Source: the human T2T-CHM13v2.0 reference genome, Homo sapiens. Taken from it: 64,000 bases of DNA. How positions within the stretch are numbered: position 1 is the first letter of the stretch; each line of letters opens with the position of its first letter. Below, piece after piece: positions 63,285 through 64,000 of the stretch. Position numbers and translations under genes: made by a program. The stretch lies in NCBI RefSeq assembly GCF_009914755.1, contig NC_060940.1. One strand, given 5' to 3'. The notes below the pieces were generated by a model. It was not told the DNA's origin and made no database searches. It was given only the letters and a program-made list of their open reading frames with translations.

Positions 63285-63855
63285 GACCCTTTTCACAAGA
63301 TGGCACCAAAGGCAAAGAAGGAAGCTCCTGCCCCCCTAAAGCTGAAGCCAAATCGAAGGCTTTGAAGGACAAGAAGGCAGTGCTGAAAGGTGTCCACAGC
63401 CACATAAAAAAGAAGATCCACACATCACCCATCTTCCCGTGGCCAAGACGCTGCGACTCCAGAGGTAGCCCAGATATCCTCAGAAGAGCACCCCAGGAGA
63501 AACAAGCTTGACCACTATGTTATCATCAAGTTTGTACTGGCTACTAAGTTTGCCATGAAGAAGATAGAAGACAACGTCTGGGCGCGTTGGTTCACACCTG
63601 TAATCCCAGCACTATGGGAGGCTGAGGCGGGCGGATCACGAGGTCAAGAGATTGAGACCATCTGGCCAACATGGTGAAACTCCGTCGCTACTAAAAATAC
63701 AAAAATTAGCTGGGCGTGGTGGCATGTGCCTGTAGTCCCAGCTACTTGGGAGGTAGAGGCAGGAGAATCGCTTGAACCCTGGAGAGGTGGAGGTTGCAGT
63801 GAGCTGAGATCGTGCCACTGCACTCCAGTCTGGCGACAGAAGGAGACTCCGTCTC

Positions 63856-63886
<31 letters not shown>

Positions 63887-64000
63887 CATTGCGGATGTTA
63901 AAGCCAGCAAGCACCAGATCGAACAGGCTGTGAAGAAGCTCTATGACACTGATGTGGCCAAGGTCATCACTCTGATTCAGCCTGACGGAGAGAAGAAGGC
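63285..64000 (+). pseudogene. Processed pseudogene of ribosomal protein L23a, split by an Alu; runs off the right edge
   Basis: Intronless. TOP-like leader CCCTTTTCACAAG, ATG at 63300, then [11 protein letters not shown].., [40 protein letters not shown] and, after the Alu, [33 protein letters not shown]. At least three 1-nt frameshifts and an in-frame TAG near 63466. Confidence 0.95.
63576..63884 (+). mobile_element. AluSc inside the RPL23A pseudogene
   Basis: Full dimer with GATCACGAGGTCAAGAG and CTGGCGACAGA diagnostics and a long A tail; no target-site duplication. Confidence 0.9.

Noticed and set aside
63245-63511. 88-aa ORF containing RPL23A-like sequence
   Set aside because: A chance frame through a frameshifted pseudogene with a stop codon and an Alu insertion.

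Overview
Human-like (primate) genomic DNA, GC- and Alu-rich (roughly 70 Alu copies or fragments counted by eye). It is recognisable as the plasmolipin (PLLP) locus. PLLP is on the minus strand: coding exons 1-3 (26377-26511, 3868-4041, 451-573, all phase-0 GT-AG introns) and a CpG-island promoter (~25700-27020) are in the window, and the last exon lies off the left edge. About 15 kb upstream are two identical, convergent tRNA-Leu(CAG) genes (41923-42005 +, 42452-42534 -). The right end holds a disabled RPL23A processed pseudogene split by an AluSc. The rest is interspersed repeats (Alu, L1, L2, MIR, MLT1/MER21-type LTRs, MER1A, MER33, MADE1, a probable piggyBac-type fragment), a 19-bp G-rich minisatellite and microsatellites. 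Almost all ORFs in the track are Alu- or GC-derived noise. I see no convincing evidence of a wholly new biological system. The best leads are the inverted tRNA pair, a stop-free PLLP exon 2 flanked by inverted Alus (circRNA candidate), a GGACU/G4 minisatellite in intron 1, a candidate poly-Lys cryptic exon and several unusual retrotransposition scars. Repeat boundaries and subfamily names were judged by eye from recalled consensus sequences and are approximate.
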